From Raja brachyura (lineage: Eukaryota): a DNA stretch of 64,000 nucleotides. Both the position numbers and the translations under genes were made by a program. The stretch is taken from the NCBI GenBank assembly GCA_963514005.1, contig OY740808.1:18042001-18106000 (forward strand), read 5' to 3'. Positions 1 to 12,300 of the stretch are shown here, piece by piece (within the stretch, counting starts at the first letter, position 1; the number at the start of each line of letters is the position of its first letter). The notes below the pieces were generated by a model that did not search any database, was not told the DNA's origin, and worked only from the letters and a program-made list of their open reading frames with translations.

Positions 1-215
1 AAATGTAATGGGAACCTGGCGGTCAACTCTTTCACTCTGAGGGTTGTGGGCATATGCAACATGCTACCAGAGAAGGTAGTTGAGGCAGGTACTACGACAG
101 GATTTAAAAGACACATGGACAAGTACATTTGGTTAGGAAATAGTTTGGAGAAATAGTTTTATCCCATAACCGCCCTATCCACTGACGCATAGCCCCCAAC
201 TCACAGGCGTGTCTA

Positions 216-405
216 GGGGGGGGGGGGGGGGGTGTAGAGAGAGAATGGGGAGAGACAGAGAGAAAGGGGCAGAGACAGAGGGGCAAGAGGGAGGAGGGGG
301 GGAGGGTGGGGAGGCGGGGTGAGAGAGATGGGAAGGGAAGGTGGAGAGGGGGAAGGGGGAGGGAGGGTGGGTGAGAGAGAGAGAGGGGGAGAGACGGAGA
401 GAGCG
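216..405. repeat. G17 run plus G/A-rich low-complexity tract
   Basis: Directly visible. Confidence 0.9.
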
Positions 406-1622
406 AAATGCAACCGTGCGTCACGCGTTCAGAATGTTCTGGAAATGAAGCGTCCGCGTGTCATGCACGAAAGCTGTCGGCAGCTCTATGGAATTCAGGG
501 GAGGACCCCTCCACCCACCCACCCACCCACACACAGACACAGCAGGTCCGGTCTAAGTTGTCAATGAAGACAGCAAATTTATTTTTAAAAATCTGTCGGG
601 GCAGTTGGGCCAGGTGCAAAGGCATTTTGAGGTCAGCGGGTGGGGCCGGGCGGGCCCAGCAGTCAGGCTCGGAGGGCTGGGTGGGGCCTGGATTTGATTT
701 TGATTTGATTTTATTACTTGTCATTCGAACCTCAGGGAGGCTCGAACGAAACTCTGTTTCCACAAGCCATACAAACAGAACAATTCATAAAAAAACACAG
801 AACAATTCAATTCACACAAACATCCATCACAGTGAATCTCCTCCTCGGTGTGGTGGAAGGCAAAGTCTTCTCTCTCCCCCGCACCAATTCTCTCCCAAGG
901 TCGAAGCCCCAGGCAGGCGGTGTTAAGTCCCATGGCAATTGAGGCTGCACCGGGCGATGTACGGCCCCGCTCTAGGCCCAAAAGTCACAACGTTGGAGCC
1001 CCCGGCGGGCGCTGGAATGTCCCGCGGCCATTAGAGCCGCGCCGGGCGATGTATGGCCCCGCTCTGGGTCGCTCCAACCCCGCGACACGGGCAAAGGCAT
1101 TGTGAGGTCAGCGGGCAGGACCAGCAGCCAGGCTGGGGGGGTAGGGACAGTCGGAGCCTGGAGGCAGTTGGGCCAGGTGCAAAGGCATTGTGAGATCAGC
1201 AGCTGGGCAACCTTAATATTTTTTTAAATGTCAGGGAGGGGGAGAGATGTCCCACCCCTGTCCCATTGTGATGTGATTGTACATCTGCGAGATGGCACTG
1301 TGACTCATGCAGCAGTTTGGTTTTAGTGGGACCACGTGAAGGTTGCAATCTCCCACACCTGTCCCATTGTGATGGCATATGTAAATGAGATCCATTGTGA
1401 TTGTACATTTGTGAGATGGTACTGTGAGTCACGCAGCAGTTTGATTTAAATTTTTTTGATGTTTTGTGAACAATTTTATTCAAAATCTGGGGAAATAATT
1501 GAGAGAGAGTGGATCTAGAGAGGAGTGGATTTCTGAAATCATAAGTTAAATCCCTTCCAAAATATGTAAAAATCTCCGCGTTTTTGCGTCTGGTTTTCGA
1601 GGAAATATGTTTCTAAAGCAAA

Positions 1623-1625
<3 letters not shown>

Positions 1626-1683
<58 letters not shown>
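1626..1683. repeat. (CA)n microsatellite, ~29 units
   Basis: Directly visible. Confidence 0.97.
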
Positions 1684-1685
<2 letters not shown>

Positions 1686-2605
1686 TTAATAGATATATAT
1701 GATTGTCATGAATTTACAGGCCAAATGGAAGGAATTTAATATTTAATTCCTGTAAATTAATGGCCATTTTAATCATTTTGCGAGTGGATTTTTGTGGCAC
1801 GCGATCGTTTGGAACGTTGCGGTTGTTGTGAATTTGAACCACATATCGGCAGGAAAAACACTGCCGGTTCGTATGGGGTCATAATCACATTTTCGCCAAT
1901 GAAATTTTGATTAAAGTAATCCTAAGAAGCAAGTTTATATGTAAAATAAACGACTTGCCTTATGTTTTGTCCCCTACGTGAAATCCGCCCTGCTGTCGGC
2001 GTTGACGGTGTTAGAAGTCACATTTTTATTTTACTCCAGCGATTAAATTGTCCCGTGATTTTTTTTTTTTAACTTCGGAAGAATTTTTCAGCATCAGGTA
2101 GTGGCCCGAGAAAATATATCTCCAACAGGCAGGAGAAAACGGCATTTTAATTCCACCCCCCCCCCCCCCCCTTAAAGGCGCCAAAGTCGCACAGGCGGCC
2201 AGTGGCAGAACTGCAGCGCCGCTGAAGGTGAGTATTGTAACATACCTACTTACCTCTCTTACTGAAGTTTGGTCACTCTTTCCCTCTTTTCATTAAGCAC
2301 CAGTCATTGTATTCCTCCTTTTGAAAGCATGCTGTTCCTTAGTACAGACACTGGCTTTGCACCTCCTCTCCACTGGATCTGGGTTGTGAATGAGAATATT
2401 GCTTTTGCCAACTATTGGAAGACCCTGATATCTTAGGCTTGAAGAGTTTTGTAAACCTGGTTTGAACCTGCAAATGGGTTTTGTGTGGGGTGTGTCACGC
2501 TCTCAGTGAGCTGAGCAAGTGCCCTCTGTTGCAATGCACAATGTGCCTCCGTCAGGTCTCGGCCAAACTGTAACCCATTCAGATGCTCTTTGTGTTTCCG
2601 ACCAG

Positions 2606-3300
2606 GTGAGCAGTGATTTTGTGGCAGCCGCTATCTCTGGTGCGATGGCTGTGGTTGATGGGAGCATCATAGCCATCAATCCAGGAGAATACATCAAGAT
2701 GCAGATGTTTGTCTGGAACAACATTTTCTTCAGCTTTGGCTTTGACATCCGGGAAAACTTTAAAGAATCCGGCGGGGACCATGCAGCCTATGCTGCGTCG
2801 AGCAGTGACTTGAAGGGGATACAGGCGTACACCGACGTGAATGTGGAAGGTCTGCACCTACTGGGGACTGTTATAGTAGATTACCGGGGATACAGAGTCG
2901 TAGCGCAGTCCATTATCCCTGGAATTCTGGAGCAGGAGCAGGAGCAGAATGTGGTTTATGGATCGATTGATTTTGGGAAGGCAGTAACTTCTCATCATGA
3001 GTATGTCGGCCTGTTGCTAAAAGCCTCCAAACCCCTTCGGATTCAGAAGCACATGATTCTGAACGAAATGGACCAACCCATCATGCTGTGCTCGTCTGTG
3101 GACTGCAAAGGGATCGTGGGCAACGATGGGCGACGTTATTTTCTCGACCTATTCCGGACATTCCCCCTAGACCTGAACTACCTGCCAATAGCCGGCGAAG
3201 AGTTGCACGCAGAATGTCAAAGATTGGGATTCCCCAAAGAATATCGCCATAAACTTTGCAGCGTACGGCCAGAATTGGTGGAGAATTTCATCCAATACAA
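2606..3300 (+). CDS. CLUH: CLUH-like exon, Clu domain (VSSDFVAAA...ENFIQY)
   Basis: accag|GTG acceptor, AA|gtaatg donor; lies within ORF 2519-3304. Confidence 0.93.
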
Positions 3301-6300
3301 GTAATGTTTCATATATATTTATACCATATAAGTAAAAGTAATGTGCATAGGATCACGATACACCACAGCATAGAATCAAATCTTTTGGTCACTCTTTACT
3401 GTGCTTGTGCATTGTTCATGGACCAACAAGCCTCCCCCACGTCCGTTCTACTGCTTATCTTTTAACCCCCTTTAAAGATTATTTTAGTTCTCTTGATGTT
3501 ACATCCTGTATTTTGTTTCCATCTACTCTCCTCATCTACCAATTGCACTGTCATTTAACAACCACTTTGAGGTTGTACACCAAGTTTCTTTTGATAATTT
3601 TTTTTTAATCATTCAAGACTTTTCCTTTTTATATTTAAAAAGATATTCTGTGATGAACTGCATTTTGTACATAGTAGCCTTTGACGTCTTGCAGTGTTCA
3701 CGACACGCATCCCAATTTTTTTTGTATTCAGCAAGACTTAGTTTAGTTTGGAGATACGTGCGGAAACAGGCCCTTCGGCCCACCGGGTCCGCACTGACCA
3801 CTAACACTATTCTAACACACTAGGGTCAATTTACATTTATACCAAGCCAATTAACCTACAAACCTGTATGTCTTGAGTGTGGGAGGAAATCGAAGATGTC
3901 GGGGCAAACCCACGCAGGTCACGGGGAGAACGTACAAACTCCACACAGCCAACACCCATAGTCGGGATTGAACCCGGGTCTCTGGCGCTGTAAGGCAGCA
4001 ACTCTACCTCTGTGCCACCATACTGAAATATATAAATAGGGGCCTGCAATATAGGTAGGATAATATTGGACTGGGATTGCAGCCTGTGGTTGCTCCAGTG
4101 CTGCACTGCACTGGAGGTGAAGGGTCCACTGCGTTAGCTATGTGCACTGGGCAGAGAGGTGGCATTGTCTGAATGGTGACTCAGTTGCAGGGAGCCCCAG
4201 TACAGAGGCCTCACAGAGTTGTACCTTTTGCCAAAACCATTGTTGAATGTATCCATTTTTTAAAAGCCTCTGACATTCTGACCACTCAAGGTCACTTAAA
4301 AAGATAACCAATGTTGTTCCTCCGTTCAAGAAGGGGAGCAGAGACAAACCTGGAAATTATCAATGGGTCTTGCTTCTGTGCTAAGGATAACCTTGGAGAA
4401 GATTCTTGGGGATACGTCTGGAAAGGTCTCGACGTATTGGGATTCATCAGCAGGGCTTTGTGCTGGGAGGTCATGTCTTAGAAGCTTGAATTAGATATTT
4501 TGAGGAGGCAACAAAGATGATTGATTGAGGAGGGTAGGGCAATGGATATTGTATACGTAGATTCTATACAGCTTTGACTATGTCCACCATGGTAGGCCGA
4601 TCCAGACGATGAGGCGCATGGGATCCATGGAGATTTGGTAGATTGGATTTGAAATTGGCTTGGCCATGGAAGACAGATGGTAATGGTGAAGGGCGTTATT
4701 CTGACACGAGGTCTTTGACCAGTGGTGTTCCACAACAATCACTGCTTGGACCTCTGTGGTCCGTGATATATATATTTGGACAAAATTGTCAGTGGACTGA
4801 TTGATGGGTTTGCAGATGACGCAAACATTGTTACTGTTATAGACAGTTTGTCAGAGGAAACAGCAGGATGTAGATCAGATGGAAGTAAGGCTTGAGAGAT
4901 GTCAGATGGAAATTAATCCCGAAAAACAAGAGGATCGTGAACAGCATTGATGTCCAGAGGGATTGCTGGATGCAAAATGCTGGAATAATTCAGCGGATCA
5001 GGCAGCATCTCTGGAGAAAAGGAAAACGTGACATTTCAGGCCACAGTATGAAGAAAGTTCTCAACCTGAAACGTCACCTATTCCTTTTCTCCAGAATGCT
5101 GCCATTCGATTATTTGTAGTTCTAGTCTCTCCATTACAGAAAGGAAGCGGAGACTTTGGAGATGGTACACATGAATTTACCAGGATGTTGCCTGGATTAA
5201 AGTATTTGCTATAAAGAGAGGTTGGACAGAATTGAATTGTTCTCCCTGAAGCAAGAGATGAGATCTGTTAGAAGTATACACAATATGAGCGGCATAGACA
5301 GGTAGATAGAATCTTTTCTCCAAGGGGAAAATGACAAATATTACATGGCATATCATCAATGTCCGAAGGGAAAGGTTTAAAGGATCTTTGAGGCAAATTT
5401 ATTGCACAGGGAATTGAGGATGCCAAGTGTGGTGCCAAGAGAAGTGTGGAAGCAGATAGGACTAATTTTAAGAGGGGTTTAGACAGAGACATGAACAGGC
5501 AGGGTATGGAGGTATATGGACCATGTGTAGGCAGATGTACCTTCTAAATTGGCATCATGGTTGGCATAGACATTGTGGGCCGAAGGGCCTGTTCCTCTGC
5601 TGTACTGTTCTATAACATTTTCACTTCAATTGTAATAAAACACAACTAATCAGAAATAATTAACATGCTAAGCTAGAGCATACAATAGGAAGACGTGACT
5701 TCCCTTTTGTCTTCTAAAGAGCAGTCCTGGAATCCCTAATTTGATCTCTCGGGTTTTGGATCCTTTGCCAGGGTTGAGGTGGTATTTGAGTAGAGAACTG
5801 ACTTCATTTGAAGTGGCGCAAGGCCAGCACATCCATTCAAACCCACAGATTGCAGCCCATCACAGTTATGTGTGTCTAAAAACCCCCGGTTACAGATATG
5901 AATGTCACACAAACATCAATAGCTCTCGGATGTAGAGTATTTTAAAGGTCTGCTGCCAGCTCTGGAATGATACACAAGTAATTTGGGGAAGCAGCAAAAT
6001 CTCTTTCAATCCTTTTGCTTTTTCTCTTCTAAACATTAATTTTATATTCCTGCAGTCATTTCCTCTTAACTTCCAGATACCTCATCTTTGACGAATATAA
6101 ACTTTGGAACTGAACCTTTAGCCTGTCAATCCATTCAGGCTGATCACTGGTCATCTGTATCTTATCTCAACCCACCTGCTTTAATACCCCGTCTCTCAAA
6201 ATACAATCCATCTCAATTTTAAAATGTCGGTAAAACTTGGCATCGACTGCTTTGTTGCGGGGGAATTTCTTGACCCCTTTTTTCGATATATATAAAAAAA

Positions 6301-9300
6301 ATCCATGTAAACCACATCGGCTCAATTTTTAAAATCCTCGATTGATTCTCCAAATGCTTTGTTTCTTCATACTTCTGGGTCATGGCTCCATCTGTCACAA
6401 GCTGACCGTTGGCACACGCCCCATTTAGCTCTCGACCTGTGTGAATGCACCCAACAACTGTGGGCAGGGGAACGGTGTATCCTTATCCATGGGTCATCGC
6501 TTTAAGGTGAGAGGAGAAAAGCTTAAAGGAAATGTGTGGGGCATGCGTTTGACACAGAGAATGGTGGGTGCCTGGAACGCACTGCCAGGGGGTGGTGGTG
6601 GTTGAGGCAAATACGATCATTGCATTTAAGAGGCTTATGGATATGTAGGGAATGGAGGGCTATGGATCACATGTAGGCAGAGATTAGTTTGACCTGGCAT
6701 GTTTGGCACAGACAATGTGGGCTGAAGGGCCTGTTCCTGTTTTATCTTCTTTGGTCTGGACATATGAAATCTACATTTTCTATAAGGACAATGATTATCG
6801 GCTAAATTGTAATATATTCACCTCCGACCCTCTCCAAGAGCACCATAAGACATAGAAGCGGAATTAGGTCATTCAGCCCATCGATTCTGCTCTGCCACTT
6901 GATCATGGCTGATCTATTTTTCCTGTCTACTCCATTCTTCTGCCTTCTCCTTGTAACCTTTGACACCCTTAATAATTAGGAACCGAAATCTCTGCTTTAA
7001 AAATACCAAATGACTTGGTCTCCACAGGCATCTGTGGAAATGAGTTCCACAGATTTGCCACCCTCGAGTTAATGAGATTCCTCCTTGTCTCCATTTTAAC
7101 TTTGCATGAGATCGGTCCTGAACTTAATTGCCATCTGCGATACACTTGCATATTCTGTGACTGCAAGAATTTCCTCTGGGTGCCCCATAGTTTGATTGAG
7201 TCCCAAAGGTGGGCTGGGTGTTGGGTTAATTGGCTTCTATGAATTACCCAGAGTCGAGGAGTGGTTGGACAGCCAGGGGCAGTTGATGGAGGATGTGTTG
7301 TGAAGAAATGAGTGGGCCAATGGGGTTCATGGGTGTTTCTGAGAACCAGCATTGACTCACTTGCCAAAGAGCAGACACATTGTCACAAGGAAAGACAAAA
7401 TAATCAGTTTATTGACAGCATCCATCCCACTATTGATTGCAAATGTGATTGCACATTGAAATGTCCCCCCGCCGTCAGACTGGTATTGCACGTCACTGGA
7501 GGGATTTCCTCCTCGTTGCACGTACTGCTGAATAAGCATTTGCTGGAACATATGCAAGCACAGTCCGTCCTGGAAGGTCCTCCTTGGCTGAATGTTTGCC
7601 CTCTTTTCTTTCCACATAAGGCTTTGAACTTTTGTACCAGTGGTGGTACACCATAATTAAAGCATAGACAATAGGCGCAGGAGTAGGCCATTTGGCCCTT
7701 CGAGCCAGCACCGCCATTCAATGTGATCATGGCTGATCATCCCCAATCAGTACCCCTGTTCCTGCCTTCTCCCCATATCCCCCGACTCCACTATTTTTAA
7801 GAGCCCTATCTAGCTCTCTCTTGAAAGCATCCAGAGAACCTGCCTCCACCGCCGTCTGAGGCAGAGGATTCCACAGACTCACCACTCTCTGTGAGAAAAA
7901 GTGTTTCCTCGTCTCCGTTATAAATGGCTTACTCCTTATTCTTAAGCTGTGGCCCCTGGTTCTGGACTCCCCCAACATCGGGAACGTGTTTCCTGCCTCT
8001 AGTGTGTCCAAGCCCTTAACAATCTTATAAGTTTCAATGAGATCCCCTCTCATCCCTCTAAACTCCAGAGTGTACAAGCCCAGCTGCTCCATTCTCCCAG
8101 CATATGACAGTCCCGCCATCCCGGGAATTAACCTTGTGAACCTACGCTGCACTCCCTCAATAGCAAGAATGTCCTTCCTCAAATTAGGGGACCAAAACTG
8201 CACCCAATACTCCAGGTGTGGTCTCACTAGGGCTCTGTACAACTGCAGAAGGACCTCTTTGCTCCTATATTCGATTCCTCTTATTATAAAGGTCAACATG
8301 CCATTCGCTTTCTTCACTGCCTGCTGTACCTGCATGGTTACTTTCATCGACTGATGTACAAGGACCCCCGGATCTTGGGTTATTTATAGGAACAAGTACG
8401 GCATATGAACAATTCTGGCCGCAACAACAGAAAGTCTGTATCGTTGGGGTGCATTTTCTACATAAAAACTTTGGAGCAGATCCTGGCTAAATATAAAGGG
8501 TGTCTCCTATCCCCGAAACCTGTGCCAGAATTGGTTAAATGTAGGCAAACTATTTCAGTCTGACTGCAATCAAACTGTGACTGATCGTGAACATCTTTTT
8601 CAAAGAGGTCCATTGATTTTAACCAATTTTCCATTTTGCTGTATTTAACTTCCCAGTGTGTTTAAAATTGAAAGAGATTTAGTATATGACTTGCTCCCAC
8701 ATCCCATGTGAGGAACATCTGATAGCCCCATGTCTCTGTTAGCTGTTCTAAGCAATCGGGTCGCATGCATCCATGAGCTGCTGTGGGCGGACTAGCAGAC
8801 CTGGCCACTGAGCCCAGCTTTTGCCACCCTCCACCTCCATCACAGACCACTGGTCCTCCATGAGGCAGTCGCCACCAAAGATCCTATAGCAAGCAAGATA
8901 GATCACTCGACGAAAAAGACGTAGTACGGTCATGGGCAGATTCATGGGTAATTTTCGGCCCCATTTCCGTAACCGGCTTCCGTCTCCGCACCAAAGATCC
9001 CATAGGATACTAGTGCAGAGACGGGAGCCGGTTACGGAAACGTCCTCGTAAAAATAAAACTTATTTGGTAAAAATCTTCTCATTTTCAGAATTTGAATTT
9101 ACTAACACAAACTTTCCCCCGCAACGTTGATTACACTGCGAGTCGGGTTCGGGTCGGGTTACGGAAATGGATGAAAGAAAGTTCCACTCCGTTGTGTACT
9201 ACACGTCAACCCATTGCGTTTAGGAGGAGTGATCTATCTTGCTCTGCTATAGGATCTTTGGTCTCCACTGGTGCAGAACAAGTGTGGATGTGACATGTGC

Positions 9301-12300
9301 ACAAGTACTTTTGGTTAAATGGTACTTTATTGGTCACATGTACCGAGGTACAGAGAAATTCATTTATGCACACAGTTCTGGACAAGTATTGTGCAACATA
9401 TTATTGTGCTGTTCATCGTTTGCAATGCCTGGGCGCCAAATATTGAATTTGCATCTCACAGTTTTGTCGACTTGGAAGGCTGTAATAGTGTTGCTGCTAA
9501 CCACTTGTTGCTCGTGTTTCGTTGGATTGTTTTTTGTACTTTAGGAACATACAGTTTTCAGAGCTCTTGAAGGAGAAAATGCGCAGAAGAAGGAGTTTAA
9601 TGGAGGATGGAGAGGGCACAACAGAAACCAATGGTAAGGGAGTTCAGTGCTTGCAAAAGTTAGTTAATGTGGTTTCAATGGTAGAGGGGAATTTTGGAGT
9701 GATATCGAGACTATACATAGACTGGTAGGGAGGTAGTGCGAGTGAAATCTGAATTTTCGGGCAGTGTCAGAGTCTGGGGTCGAAATTCTGTAACTGCATT
9801 GAAATCAGTTTTGCACAGCAAAGGACACTTGGATATGGTAGGTTTTGTTATTCAAAATTGACAAGAGAGGATATTGGAGAAAAATGCCTTTCTTTCCAGA
9901 CTGCACTTAAAGCACTGTGCTATTCATTCAGATATGAATAAACAAACAAATAATTCACCAGATTTGATGACTATAGCGTGGTACTGTGACAGCACTTTTC
10001 CCTTTCATAAGATTTCATAAATCATAGGAGCCGAAATGAGCCTTTCGGCCCATTGAGTCCACTTTCCCTCTCAACCCCATTCTCCCGCCTTCTCCCCATA
10101 ATAGTTGACACCCTTACTATTCAAGAACCTGTCAATCTCCACTTTAAAAAGACCCAATGACTTGGCCTCCACAGGCGTCTGTTGCAATGAATTCCACCCT
10201 CTGGTTAAAGAAATTCCTCCTCTACTCCTTTCTAAAGGTACGTCGTTTTATTTGGAAGGTCTTGTTTTCGAATCCTGCTCCAGCGCTTGCAGATATAATC
10301 ACAGCTGACCTATCAGTGCAACAAAAAGTGTGAGACAATGTTATAATTAATGTTTGCAGTCCTGAAGCTTTGTCGGTCTGTTCACTGGATGCTTGGCACC
10401 ATCCAGCAAAGAACACAAATGTCCAGAGCTGGCCAACATGCAGACAAATTAATGTCATTTATCTTGCTTGCTGTTCAGAGGAGTTTACCATGCGCAAATC
10501 AACAGTTAATCTTGCCCGTGAAATGCGTGAATGCACTGCAAAGAAAGCAAGCTCTTTATCATTATGATGAAAAGATAATTTTGGATATGTGTTGCATTGT
10601 GGAGTAATGCTGTGACACTTTTGTAATTGTTTAAAACAACATCCATAAATTGCAGATGACAAACATTGGGAAACCTGCCTGGTTGGCACGCTTGGTTCGG
10701 GAGCACTCTGTCTTAAAAAAGTTGCTGCAACGCATGAAAGGAAACAATGCACTGAGAATGGATTGAATGGATTGATCATTAGTCTGAATGTATATTTTTC
10801 TGCAGCCACCCATACACGGCACGAATGTGTCAGGTGACAGCGACCACATTCTGTGGAACAATTTGCTCAAGCAGTGTACATCAGCATGCTGCTGTGCAGT
10901 TACTGTTTCACTGTGACCCAAGCCTTCATCCACATTTTGGTTTTAGGTCAACATTCGAAGTTGAACAATAGAAAACAGATGCTGAAGGAGCTGGGGTTTG
11001 TTTTTAATCCCTTCATTTTTTTTCAGGGCCTGAGGGTCACCAAAAAAGCCCAGTCTTCACTGCCCATCTCTCATTGCTTTGCAACCAAATGGCTTTCTAG
11101 ACCACCGGGGTAGGGTTGGTGGGCTTCCTCCTCTGAAGAATATTTATGAACCTTGTGGGTTTTGAGGTTATTATGAGGTCAACATTTCTCATGATATTTT
11201 AAACAAATCCCAGATTAATCACTGATTTTCCACAGATGCCGTGGTGGGATTTGAACATTAACCTCTGCGTTATTACTGCAGGCCCCTGGATTTCCAGTCC
11301 AGTGACCCCCCACTGTGTCATTTCTCTGCATTAGAAGCTGTTCTCAGTGAAGCCCGTAGTTGGGGATGCTGAGGATAGTCCTGATGAAATGCACTATTCT
11401 TGTTGGTTAATGGCCACAATATTATCCGTGAACACTTTGTAAATGAGCACTAATTGAATAGCACTCCTTTCTTGTGCTGAATGACATGGGGTTCAGATAA
11501 CAAAGGGCACTGTTTCCTACAGGGATAATGGTCATTGTGTTTCATTCAGTCAATGTCTCTCGACAAACATTGCACTTGGAAAGTGAACACTGATGGGACT
11601 TGGCAGGTCAGGCATGAAAACATTGGACTAGTTTATGCTGGTCTTAGCTCATTGTCTGTGGCCTCTGCCTGCCGGCACTTGCTGTTCCAGGTGCAGAGCC
11701 CCGAGCAAGCTGATCCTCGGCATCAATGGGGATTTGGCAAAGTCCATTCTGTCTTTGGGCAGCATGTCGAGAGGCTCCGCTCCAATTGTCAAAGGCTGGT
11801 TTAAAAAATACTTTTTAATGTTTCAAGAGTGAAATTTAGAATGTGTAAAAACTATTAAAACATTAAAAACACTTCCGACTGATCTTGACTGAAAGGTCAC
11901 CCATTCCTTCTCTCCAGAGATGCTGCCTGTCCCACTGAGTTACTCCAGCATTTTGTGTCTTTCTTCAGTTTAAACAAGCATCAGCAGTTGCTTACTACAC
12001 TTATGATATTACTGACAGGAATCCGCAACCAGCGACTTGGCTCTAGATGTTACGATAGTCATTACAGCCAAGATAGAAGCTTACCTAATCCTGACATTTA
12101 AGTAATGCATTTAGAAGCCACAGATGGATGTGCATTCCTGGTTCTGTAGAGAAATCGTGAACAGGTCAGGAACAAGTCCAGAGATGGGGAGTAAAATACA
12201 GTAAAATGTAAGGACTAAATGGCAGCAAAATGGAACTTGCGCAAAATAAATACTGTCATTGCAATTTCTGAAGCTTCCTATAGCATGTGTATCCAGGAAT

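Noticed and set aside
104-424. Pro/Ser/Leu-rich ORFs on both strands
   Set aside because: Translation of a low-complexity G/A tract; no splice or homology support
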